Source of the DNA: a virus
Virus record (IMG/VR): IMGVR_UViG_3300018413_000050
Direction: 5' to 3' (one strand)
Length of the DNA stretch: 21,289 nucleotides
A program made the position numbers and the translations under genes. The notes below the pieces were generated by a model. That model made no database searches and was not told the origin of the DNA. It saw only the letters and a list, made by a program, of their open reading frames with translations. Positions 1 through 7,545 of this stretch are shown in pieces; within the stretch, counting starts at the first letter, position 1; each line of letters starts with the position of its first letter.

Positions 1-1542
1 AGCTTTATCATCTTTAGATCTAACAGAACGACCATATGCTTGAATTAAATCACGTACAGTGGTTAAACCGTAATATTCTTTCATAGTTTCCATTCTTTTT
101 TTAACTTTTTTAGAACCTAAATTAGGATAAGGCATTTTTAATATTGTTTGATGTCTAGAAAATTCTTCAATTAAATCGACACCAGTCATCATAGATGGTG
201 AAACTAATATAGTTGGTTCTTCTGAATTATAATGTTGTTGTAATAATTCTGATCTATTACTTGAATCATGTGCTAAAATTCTACCATTATCAAAACCTTC
301 ATTTACCCATCTTTGTAATTCATAATTAGCTGTATGAATAATTCCTTTATCATTCTTATGTTTTTTAAGAATTTTAGCTAATAACGCTTTTTGTTTAGGC
401 CAAACTATTTCTTTTGTTTTAAATGATTGTTTTCCAGTGTTATAAAAATAAAAAATAGGTCTATTTTCAACTGGAAATGGTGAATCTATAGAAATGTATG
501 AAGATATATTTACATCTAATCCATTCATATCAGAAAATATTTTTTTATCTAAAATAGTTCCAGACATAAAAATAACAAAATCATATTTACTCCAAATATA
601 TTCATTTAAATATGGATATGCCCAAACTGGTTGTGCTGTTAATTCTACATATTCATCTATAATTTTTCCTTCTTTATTGTATTTTTTAATTCGTTCGCTT
701 TCTAATATCCAATTATCTTTAAGTTGATTATATTGTGTTGATAATGATTCCCATTTTAAAAAATTTGTATTTAAACTCTGTAATAATTTAATAGCTTCTA
801 ATGAACCTTCATCTATTTCTCTGCTTAATCTATTAACAACCGTTTTAACAACATCTAAAAAATCACCTTTAACTATAGAAATAAAATTATCAATTGTTAA
901 ATCTTCAGGATAATCTCCAAATAATCTCATAGCTTGTGAAATTTCAGTATCTAAAAATCCATTTTTTCTTAATAATACTTTAGAAATTTTTGTAGTAATA
1001 AAATCAACAAATACTGTTTCAAATGAATGTGCCTCATCGATAATTAAAACTCTACTAGATCTTTTCCATGCGCCAGGCATAAATACATGATATGTTAAAA
1101 ATAAATGATAATTAGTTAATGCCACATCACCATTTTCAAATTTATATTTAGCTTTAGTATAAGGACAATTTTCACATTTAGTTCCTTGTAATTTACACCA
1201 TTCTCCACCAGTACCACAATCTGTATTATGTGTTTCACATTCATAAGATCCTTTACCCCATAAAGAATTCATAAAATCAAATTCATTTGTATATTGTTCT
1301 TGTAATATTTTAGAATTTGTTAACATATCAAATGTTGCAGTTATATCATAATTTTTTTTAAACCAATCCATAAACATTACTGAATATATAGATTTTCCAA
1401 TACCGACTGGTGCATCGATCATAATATATTTATTATTATCTAAAATTGATTGTTTAGTAAAATCCAATAACTCTATTTGTTGTGGTCTTGGTGTTTTATC
1501 TATTTTAATTTTTTTTATATCATATATGCTTACATCTTCCAT
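1..1542 (-). CDS. XPD/Rad3/DinG-like superfamily 2 DNA helicase with FeS-type cysteines (partial, C-terminus beyond window)
   Basis: Reverse-strand frame stays open from ATG at 1542 (MEDVSIYDIKKIKIDKTPRPQQIELLDFTKQ...) to base 1. Contains Walker A APVGIGKS, DEAH box LIIDEAHS, cysteine cluster CETHNTDCGTGGEWCKLQGTKCENC, and motif VI-like IQAYGRSVRS. Confidence 0.88.
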   Translation of the reverse strand, partial: MEDVSIYDIKKIKIDKTPRPQQIELLDFTKQSILDNNKYIMIDAPVGIGKSIYSVMFMDWFKKNYDITATFDMLTNSKILQEQYTNEFDFMNSLWGKGSYECETHNTDCGTGGEWCKLQGTKCENCPYTKAKYKFENGDVALTNYHLFLTYHVFMPGAWKRSSRVLIIDEAHSFETVFVDFITTKISKVLLRKNGFLDTEISQAMRLFGDYPEDLTIDNFISIVKGDFLDVVKTVVNRLSREIDEGSLEAIKLLQSLNTNFLKWESLSTQYNQLKDNWILESERIKKYNKEGKIIDEYVELTAQPVWAYPYLNEYIWSKYDFVIFMSGTILDKKIFSDMNGLDVNISSYISIDSPFPVENRPIFYFYNTGKQSFKTKEIVWPKQKALLAKILKKHKNDKGIIHTANYELQRWVNEGFDNGRILAHDSSNRSELLQQHYNSEEPTILVSPSMMTGVDLIEEFSRHQTILKMPYPNLGSKKVKKRMETMKEYYGLTTVRDLIQAYGRSVRSKDDKA

Positions 1543-1733
1543 ATTTATTTTATACTTATATTATATAATAGTTTAACTTATTAAAAAATAAACTAAAAAT
1601 AAAAAATGCTTATATACTAAAAAAAATAAAAAGTTTAATTTTTATATGAAAGTTTTTTGACCACATATGATATATAGTAAAAAAAAAAATAAAAATATTT
1701 ATAAATTATTAATTCTGTTTTAAATATTTTTAT

Positions 1734-1741
1734 TATATTTG
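1734..1741 (+). promoter_or_regulatory. Bacteroidota-type -7 element TATATTTG
   Basis: TATATTTG about 30 bp upstream of the ORF at 1771; the motif recurs upstream of many genes in the window. Confidence 0.55.
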
Positions 1742-1770
1742 TCGTGTTCAATTAATAAAAAAAAAAAAAT

Positions 1771-1971
1771 ATAACTCAAAAAAACACAATTATTAGTATT
1801 CTTAAATCATTAGATAAAGGAACATTTACAAAAAATGAAGTTTGTGAATTAGTACAATCACAACATCCAACGTATAAAAGAAACGCAATTAATTTTTATG
1901 CTAAAGAATTAATTGCAATTGGTGAATTTGAATTTAAACCAACTACAATTAAAATTAATAGTGATAATTAA
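1771..1971 (+). CDS. small putative DNA-binding protein, apparent non-AUG (ATA or ATT) start
   Basis: Open frame ATA ACT CAA AAA ... translating (M)TQKNTIISILKSLDKGTFTKNEVCELVQSQHPTYKRNAINFYAKELIAIGEFEFKPTTIKINSDN*. Coherent wHTH-like composition, promoter just upstream, no in-frame ATG/GTG/TTG. Confidence 0.55.
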   Translation: MTQKNTIISILKSLDKGTFTKNEVCELVQSQHPTYKRNAINFYAKELIAIGEFEFKPTTIKINSDN

Positions 1972-1984
1972 AGATGAAAATATT

Positions 1985-2884
1985 ATGACATATAGTATGG
2001 AAACTATTGATATGGATAATATTGATATGTCTAAATTTACCGCTGTTGCAACAGGAACACCAGTTGATAAGATTATGTCTAAACGTAATGGTTGGATGCC
2101 TGGAACGGTATATGTGGTTACTGGTGAGTCTGGAGCTGGTAAAACAACAGTATGTACAAACATCGCTGATTATACAACTGAAAATAATCCTGATAAAACA
2201 GCTGGATTTATTTCTTGTGAAATGGATCGAATGGATTGGACTGAAGAATGTTTAGATAATCCACGTTTATCTAAACTACCAACATTATTTATGTTAGAAT
2301 ATTTAGAAGCATCAAATTATGATGAAATTTTAATTGATGTTATTTCTAAATATGATTTAATTATTCTTGACTCATTTGAAGTAGTAATTGATCAATTAAA
2401 AGAAATTAAAGGTTGGACTAGTAAAAAAGCTGAAACTAAACTATTAGATTTATTAAGAACTTCTGCTTCAACACATGGAACTACAATTTTAGTTATTCAG
2501 CAATTTACAAAAGGTGGTAACTTTGTTGGATCTAATAAAATTAAACATTTACTTACAGGTATGTTATTTGTTAATTTTGATAAAGATGGTAACAGATATA
2601 TTGTATTCACTAAAAACAGACGTGCAGGTCATATGGTTGGAAAACCAATGTATTTTACAAAATCAAAAGAAACTGGTCGTTTAATTTTTGATGGAGATCG
2701 ATATGAAAATGAAGAAGCATATGTTGAAATGAAAGAAAATGAAGTTAAATCTATCGAAGATGAAAAAATGAAATTTCAAGATATGTTAATTAAAGCAAAA
2801 TCTAAATCTACATTATTTACAGAAGCAGAAAATGCACGTAACATTTCAACTATTAAAACAACAGAAGTAGTTGAAGCTGAATAA
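1985..2884 (+). CDS. RecA/RadA-superfamily P-loop ATPase, possibly a phage recombinase (UvsX/Sak4-like)
   Basis: Walker A VVTGESGAGKTTV, Walker B DLIILDS, VIQQF strand. Predicted ORF start at 1913 overlaps the upstream gene by 59 nt; ATG at 1985 (or 1997) is more likely. Confidence 0.75.
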   Translation: MTYSMETIDMDNIDMSKFTAVATGTPVDKIMSKRNGWMPGTVYVVTGESGAGKTTVCTNIADYTTENNPDKTAGFISCEMDRMDWTEECLDNPRLSKLPTLFMLEYLEASNYDEILIDVISKYDLIILDSFEVVIDQLKEIKGWTSKKAETKLLDLLRTSASTHGTTILVIQQFTKGGNFVGSNKIKHLLTGMLFVNFDKDGNRYIVFTKNRRAGHMVGKPMYFTKSKETGRLIFDGDRYENEEAYVEMKENEVKSIEDEKMKFQDMLIKAKSKSTLFTEAENARNISTIKTTEVVEAE

Positions 2885-2941
2885 GTTACAATTAATTAAT
2901 TAATTTTTTTACAAATATGCAAATAATCAAAATATTATTTG

Positions 2942-2949
2942 TATATTTG
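2942..2949 (+). promoter_or_regulatory. TATATTTG promoter element upstream of 2994 CDS
   Basis: ATTATTTGTATATTTGTAAAA. Confidence 0.6.
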
Positions 2950-2993
2950 TAAAAAATATTTAAACAATTTATAAATAATATAATATAATAATT

Positions 2994-4139
2994 ATGAATA
3001 ATACTAATGAAGGAAAAGCGGCATTAAATAGTCAATATATGGCATTTAAATCACAAGTGGCAAAACATAATGCTGTGAGACAAATGGTTAATATTACTGA
3101 TATTGATTTAGTAAGTGATACAATGATTTTATATCAAGGTGGAACATTTATTATTACACCTTTAGCATTTAAAGGTCTTGTTAAAATTCTTGGTTTTTCG
3201 AATGCACAAATGAAATTGATTACTGATAAATTAGGTAAAGAAATTACTACTGAATTAGTAAAAATGATGCAAATTTCATTATCACAGAAAAAAGATACTC
3301 GTGAAATTTGTATGGTATTGGATGGTGTTACTGGAAAAGTTATTAACTTTACAAAAAATGTAAATGCTGTAATGACAAATTCAGAAATGTTATTTATGTT
3401 TGAAAGAACTATGAATAACAATTCTGGAATGGAAATTCGTAATATGTCTATTACTGATGAAGGAAATTTAACTATTTCTGTAGTAAATAACAACTGGGAA
3501 TTTAATATGAGTAAAGAAACTGGTTTAAAAGATGAATTTTTTAAATCTGGTTTAGTTTTCTTAAATACACAAAATGAAACAATTATCCAACCATTTAATG
3601 AACGTTTAATTTGTACTAATGGTATGATTAATTCAACAAAAGGTTCTGCTTTAATTCTTAAAGATTGTGATGAAACTAAAAAACACGGATTCTTTGAAGC
3701 TGTTACAACATTAAAAGGTGTAGAATTTTCTGAAAGTGATTTTAAAGAACGTATTTTAAGAATGACAAAAACAAGAGCTTCATTTAATGAAATGTTAAAT
3801 TGTCATTCAAGTGTATGTAATAATGTTAATAATTCTAAAGAATATAATACATTATCAATTATTGAAAGTTTTCTACCAGTTGCAGAAATCAAAAGAGAAT
3901 TTATGTCAAAAGGTTATGACTTAAATGTATATGGCCAAGATGAATATAAAAAAATCAGAACTAAATTAACTGTTTGGGAATTAGTAAATGAAATGACTGA
4001 TTTATCTTCACATCCTGAACGTTATGGTTTAACATTGGCTAATGGAAATGCTTCAATCTTTAATTTACAACGTGAAGCTGGAAATTTAACATTTAAACAA
4101 AAATATGATTTAGAATCTATTTTACCAAATCTTTTCTAA
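2994..4139 (+). CDS. conserved phage-type protein, DUF932-like (tentative)
   Basis: 381-aa ORF with own promoter and downstream terminator; segment IIQPFNERLICTNGM resembles the R(V/L)xCxNG segment of DUF932/TIGR03299 proteins. Confidence 0.5.
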   Translation: MNNTNEGKAALNSQYMAFKSQVAKHNAVRQMVNITDIDLVSDTMILYQGGTFIITPLAFKGLVKILGFSNAQMKLITDKLGKEITTELVKMMQISLSQKKDTREICMVLDGVTGKVINFTKNVNAVMTNSEMLFMFERTMNNNSGMEIRNMSITDEGNLTISVVNNNWEFNMSKETGLKDEFFKSGLVFLNTQNETIIQPFNERLICTNGMINSTKGSALILKDCDETKKHGFFEAVTTLKGVEFSESDFKERILRMTKTRASFNEMLNCHSSVCNNVNNSKEYNTLSIIESFLPVAEIKREFMSKGYDLNVYGQDEYKKIRTKLTVWELVNEMTDLSSHPERYGLTLANGNASIFNLQREAGNLTFKQKYDLESILPNLF

Positions 4140-4165
4140 GATTATTAATTGAACTATAATAATCT

Positions 4166-4198
4166 AAAAGACGTATCAATTGATACGTCTTTTTTTGT
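4166..4198 (+). terminator. intrinsic terminator
   Basis: AAAA GACGTATCAATTGATACGTC TTTTTTTT, perfect palindrome followed by T-run. Confidence 0.85.
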
Positions 4199-4225
4199 AT
4201 ATAATAAAAAAATAATATATACAAT

Positions 4226-4699
4226 ATGGAACAAATTACAGGTGGTGGTAGTATAGTTAAATTACAAAAACCAGAAGAAAATACATATACAAATATCATA
4301 TCTAAAGACGGAAAAAATTTAGGTGATTGTTCTATATGTAATTGTAAAGAAGTTGATTTAGAAGAGCATTTCTGTAAAACCTTAATAGATACAGATGAAT
4401 TAGATATGACAAATATTTATGATACTGATCCAATGATTGTAAGTATTGATGAATTTAAAAAAAAATTATTAAGAGAATCATCAGAAATTATACAATATAA
4501 TGATAATCAAATTTTATATTTTAAAAAAATGTTTTCATTACAACATTCTAAATATAAAACAAATAATTTTTTCAAATCTATAATGTCTCAATTAGAAAAC
4601 AAAAAACAATTATCAAAAAAACAAGAAGATCAATTAAAATATTTAATAAAACATGGAAAATCTATGTATGAAAATAATTATTTATCTACAAAAAATTAA
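4226..4699 (+). CDS. hypothetical protein with Cys/His cluster (CSICNCKEVDLEEHFC)
   Basis: 157-aa ORF, ATG start, after terminator. Confidence 0.65.
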   Translation: MEQITGGGSIVKLQKPEENTYTNIISKDGKNLGDCSICNCKEVDLEEHFCKTLIDTDELDMTNIYDTDPMIVSIDEFKKKLLRESSEIIQYNDNQILYFKKMFSLQHSKYKTNNFFKSIMSQLENKKQLSKKQEDQLKYLIKHGKSMYENNYLSTKN

Positions 4700-4710
4700 T
4701 ATAATAATTC

Positions 4711-4947
4711 ATGATTACTACATTTAAACAATTTAATGAATCTTCTATATTAAGAGATATGTCATTTAAAATACCTGAAAAAAAAGATTGGATAATAGAT
4801 GGCGAAAATACTTCTATTAAATTTTTAGGACGTAAATATCTAATTAATCCAAATAATATAAAAGAATTTGAAGAAAATATAGGTAAAACTGTTTCATTTA
4901 AATATGATAATAATAATAAATTAATACAAAATCATATCATAAAATAA
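4711..4947 (+). CDS. small protein with T4 CTS-like N-terminus (MITTFKQFNESS)
   Basis: 78-aa ORF; N-terminal similarity to the proteins at 4977 and 14277. Confidence 0.65.
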   Translation: MITTFKQFNESSILRDMSFKIPEKKDWIIDGENTSIKFLGRKYLINPNNIKEFEENIGKTVSFKYDNNNKLIQNHIIK

Positions 4948-4976
4948 ATATATATTATAAATAAATATATAATATT

Positions 4977-5288
4977 ATGATAACAACAATAAATGAATTT
5001 AAAAAAATAAATGAAGAATTAAATAGTTTTGGTTCTAAATGGAATAGTACAATATTTACTCATATTATTGAATATGCCAATGACGAACATTGGTTTAGTG
5101 AATCATCTAAAGAAGAAATTAAAGAAGCTAAAAAATCATTAAGACTAGCATTATCTCAAGGCATATATGATGCTGATTTTTTAGTTGATGAAATTAAATA
5201 TGAATGGTTAAGTGATGAAAATGATCCTTTAAATTTAGATATTTTAAAAACTATAATAAAAAACGCATTAACTGATTTAGGAATGTAA
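4977..5288 (+). CDS. small protein with CTS-like N-terminus (MITTINEFKKINEE)
   Basis: 103-aa ORF. Confidence 0.65.
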   Translation: MITTINEFKKINEELNSFGSKWNSTIFTHIIEYANDEHWFSESSKEEIKEAKKSLRLALSQGIYDADFLVDEIKYEWLSDENDPLNLDILKTIIKNALTDLGM

Positions 5289-5382
5289 TATTTTTTTTAA
5301 TAAATATTTTTATTTTAGAAAAAAAAATTATAATATTGTAAAAACGAACAAAACTTTTTAATATATAAAGTATATAACAATT

Positions 5383-5460
5383 ATGAAAACATTAAATAAC
5401 ATACAAGTCGCGCAAGCAGGTCAAGTTGGGAAAAGTCTCGACCAGATTCTAGTATGTTAA
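5383..5460 (+). CDS. putative leader mini-ORF (MKTLNNIQVAQAGQVGKSLDQILVC)
   Basis: 25-aa ORF between a promoter-like sequence (TAATATTGTAAAAAC) and a terminator, immediately before tRNA array 1; similar arrangement at 14811. Confidence 0.3.
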   Translation: MKTLNNIQVAQAGQVGKSLDQILVC

Positions 5461-5483
5461 AATTTTAATATAAATATTTAACT

Positions 5484-5519
5484 AAAGGTCTGGATTTTTA
5501 ATTCAGACCTTTTTTTTTT
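5484..5519 (+). terminator. terminator between mini-ORF and tRNA array 1
   Basis: AAAGGTCTG...CAGACCTTTTTTTTTT. Confidence 0.8.
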
Positions 5520-5525
5520 ATACAT

Positions 5526-5598
5526 GCTTCTGTAGCTTAGTGACTAAAGCAATTCCGTTACATGGAAAAGATCGTAGGTTTGAATCCTACCAGAAGTA
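5526..5598 (+). tRNA. tRNA-Val(TAC), no encoded CCA
   Basis: Acceptor GCTTCTG/CAGAAGT, T-arm GTAGG TTTGAAT CCTAC, anticodon loop GTTACAT (G at position 32 is unusual). Confidence 0.75.
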
Positions 5599-5605
5599 CA
5601 AATAA

Positions 5606-5676
5606 TATCTATTAGTGAAATGGCATCACACTGTGTTTTGGCCGCAGGGTTTTTGGTTCGAGTCCAGAATAGATAA
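5606..5676 (+). tRNA. tRNA-Gln(TTG)
   Basis: Acceptor TATCTAT/ATAGATA, anticodon arm CTGTG TTTTGGC CGCAG, T-loop TTCGAGT. Confidence 0.85.
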
Positions 5677-5689
5677 CAAAATAATATAA

Positions 5690-5774
5690 TGGAGAATCGT
5701 CTAATTGGCAGGACACTAGATTTTGACTCTAGGAATAGAAATATTCGGTGTAGGTTCGAGTCCTACTTCTCCAA
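5690..5774 (+). tRNA. tRNA-Gln(TTG)-like with extended variable arm
   Basis: Acceptor TGGAGAA/TTCTCCA, D-arm GTC/GAC, anticodon arm CTAGA TTTTGAC TCTAG, 17-nt variable region containing hairpin GAATA GAAA TATTC, T-arm GTAGG TTCGAGT CCTAC. Confidence 0.8.
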
Positions 5775-5784
5775 CAAATTAAAT

Positions 5785-5857
5785 GCGAAAATCGTATAAT
5801 GGTTAATTACACTTGGCTTCCACCCAGGTGATGTGAGTTCGATTCTCACTTTTCGCT
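5785..5857 (+). tRNA. tRNA-Gly(TCC)
   Basis: Acceptor GCGAAAA/TTTTCGC, anticodon arm CTTGG CTTCCAC CCAGG. Confidence 0.85.
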
Positions 5858-5868
5858 CAAAATAAACT

Positions 5869-5941
5869 GGGGCCATCGTATAGTGGTTGATTACATTGGT
5901 TTTGCAAATCAATAACGAGAGTTCGATTCTCTCTGGCTCCA
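5869..5941 (+). tRNA. tRNA-Ala(TGC)
   Basis: Acceptor GGGGCCA/TGGCTCC, anticodon arm TTGGT TTTGCAA ATCAA. Confidence 0.85.
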
Positions 5942-5956
5942 CAAAAATATTAAATA

Positions 5957-6403
5957 ATGGAAACAAGAAAAAATAGAAAATTAAAAAAGTATAAACCTAA
6001 TTTTAATATTATGTTTTCTTTTTTCTTAGATATTTATAGAAAACAAATATGTACATTTTGTGGTTCTATAGTTAAAGTAGATTTTGATATTAACGAAATT
6101 GAAGGTAAATTTTGTTTTAGAAAATTAGAAAATGGTGATTATACTTTAGGAAAAATACCAGTAACAAGACATCCAAATATAGTAAAAGCTGTTATAACAG
6201 GAAAAAAATCATGGGGTCTTTGGGTTAATGAATGGAGTGATGGTATAGTTGAATGGTCATTTACATTAGATGAGATATTAAATGAATTTAAAAATAAGAA
6301 TATTATCATACCAGAAGAATTATTACAAGATTTTAAAAATAGAATTAATCATAAAAAACATTTAAGAAATTTAAATTATTTAAAATCATTTGGAAAAATC
6401 TAA
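5957..6403 (+). CDS. hypothetical protein with CxxC (CTFCGS)
   Basis: 148-aa ORF. Confidence 0.65.
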   Translation: METRKNRKLKKYKPNFNIMFSFFLDIYRKQICTFCGSIVKVDFDINEIEGKFCFRKLENGDYTLGKIPVTRHPNIVKAVITGKKSWGLWVNEWSDGIVEWSFTLDEILNEFKNKNIIIPEELLQDFKNRINHKKHLRNLNYLKSFGKI

Positions 6404-6425
6404 TATATAAAATAAAAACATTTTT

Positions 6426-6824
6426 ATGAAATATAGATTTTTTCAAATAATAGGTGCTAATACACAAGATATAAAACAAATAAATTTTATATTAAATTCT
6501 AAAATATTTTATCCTGATTTTTATTCAGATCCTAAATTACCTGATAAACCAGATGCAGAATTTGATTATAGACAATTCTTTATTGTAATTAATCCTAAAG
6601 TGGATGGACATATTGTTGTTTATACAAGAGAAGAATTAACAGTTCAAGAATTTAAAGAATCTATTATATTAGATTCACACTGGTCAATGTATCGTGTATC
6701 TGCTGTACCTGTTATTAATGGTATACAAGAAAATTTAATAGCTAAATTTGATCCTAATTTTAGAACAATTTTTACATCTTATTCTTATCCTAAAGGTGAT
6801 TATAGACCATTAATTGTAGAATAA
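6426..6824 (+). CDS. hypothetical protein
   Basis: 132-aa ORF. Confidence 0.65.
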   Translation: MKYRFFQIIGANTQDIKQINFILNSKIFYPDFYSDPKLPDKPDAEFDYRQFFIVINPKVDGHIVVYTREELTVQEFKESIILDSHWSMYRVSAVPVINGIQENLIAKFDPNFRTIFTSYSYPKGDYRPLIVE

Positions 6825-6866
6825 GAATAATTTTTTATTTTTTGTGTTTTATTTAAATAAAATTAT

Positions 6867-6874
6867 TATATTTG
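6867..6874 (+). promoter_or_regulatory. TATATTTG promoter element
   Basis: Upstream of 6891 CDS. Confidence 0.55.
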
Positions 6875-6890
6875 TAAAAAAAAAAATAAT

Positions 6891-7469
6891 ATGAAAGATA
6901 AAATCAAAATGTACAAAAGTCAAATCATTATTGCATTAAGTGTTTTAATGGGTATTTTTTTAATTAGTTTAGTAGTTTCTTACAATGGTTTTGTTAATGC
7001 CCATTTTGAACTAGAAAATCAATTTGTAAAACAAAACAAACAAGAACGTCCTATGGTTTTTGATGCAATGCGTAAAAATATTGCAATGAAAGGCCAAGTA
7101 GTTTTAAAAGCAGATTCTAGTGGTTTACGTTATATGGAAACTATTATGAAAGCTCGTGATAATAAAGGACAAGAAGCGTTTATTTCTATGATTCGAGAAC
7201 AAAACCCAGAATTACCACAATTAGAAATTATACGTATGTATCAAGATCTATCAAGTGTTATTGAATCATCTAGGGCAGATTTAATGATTGTTGAAATGAA
7301 AATTCAATATACTGTAGAAGCACATACAAATCTATTATCATCTACATTTAAAGGTCGTATGTGGAATAAAATCGCTAAATACGAAAGATTTAATTATAAA
7401 CCAATTACATCTACTTATACAGATGAAGTATCAAGAACAAGCCATGATGATAATATGGATGTTTTTTAA
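6891..7469 (+). CDS. LemA-family-like single-pass membrane protein
   Basis: N-terminal TM (IIIALSVLMGIFLISLVVSYNGFV) followed by YNGFVNAHFELENQF..., LemA-like layout. Confidence 0.65.
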   Translation: MKDKIKMYKSQIIIALSVLMGIFLISLVVSYNGFVNAHFELENQFVKQNKQERPMVFDAMRKNIAMKGQVVLKADSSGLRYMETIMKARDNKGQEAFISMIREQNPELPQLEIIRMYQDLSSVIESSRADLMIVEMKIQYTVEAHTNLLSSTFKGRMWNKIAKYERFNYKPITSTYTDEVSRTSHDDNMDVF

Positions 7470-7487
7470 ATAAAATAAAAAAAAAAT

Positions 7488-7517
7488 AAAAGATCTAATA
7501 TTTATTAGATCTTTTTT
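7488..7517 (+). terminator. intrinsic terminator
   Basis: AAAAGATCTAATATTTATTAGATCTTTTTTT. Confidence 0.85.
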
Positions 7518-7545
7518 TGTATATTTACAAAAAAAAAAAGAAAAT

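Noticed and set aside
494-727. 77-aa plus-strand ORF
   Set aside because: Antisense to the strongly supported helicase gene on the minus strand.
1909-2163. 84-aa minus-strand ORF
   Set aside because: Antisense to the RecA/RadA-like ATPase.
2007-2255. 82-aa plus-strand ORF in another frame
   Set aside because: Out-of-frame overlap fully within the ATPase coding region.
3134-3493. 119-aa minus-strand ORF
   Set aside because: Antisense shadow of the 2994-4139 gene.
4117-4299. 60-aa minus-strand ORF
   Set aside because: Spans the terminator and antisense of the 4226 gene start; no independent support.
5763-5966. 67-aa minus-strand ORF
   Set aside because: Translation of the antisense of tRNA-Gly and tRNA-Ala; the familiar VEPERIELLAL...-type artefact.
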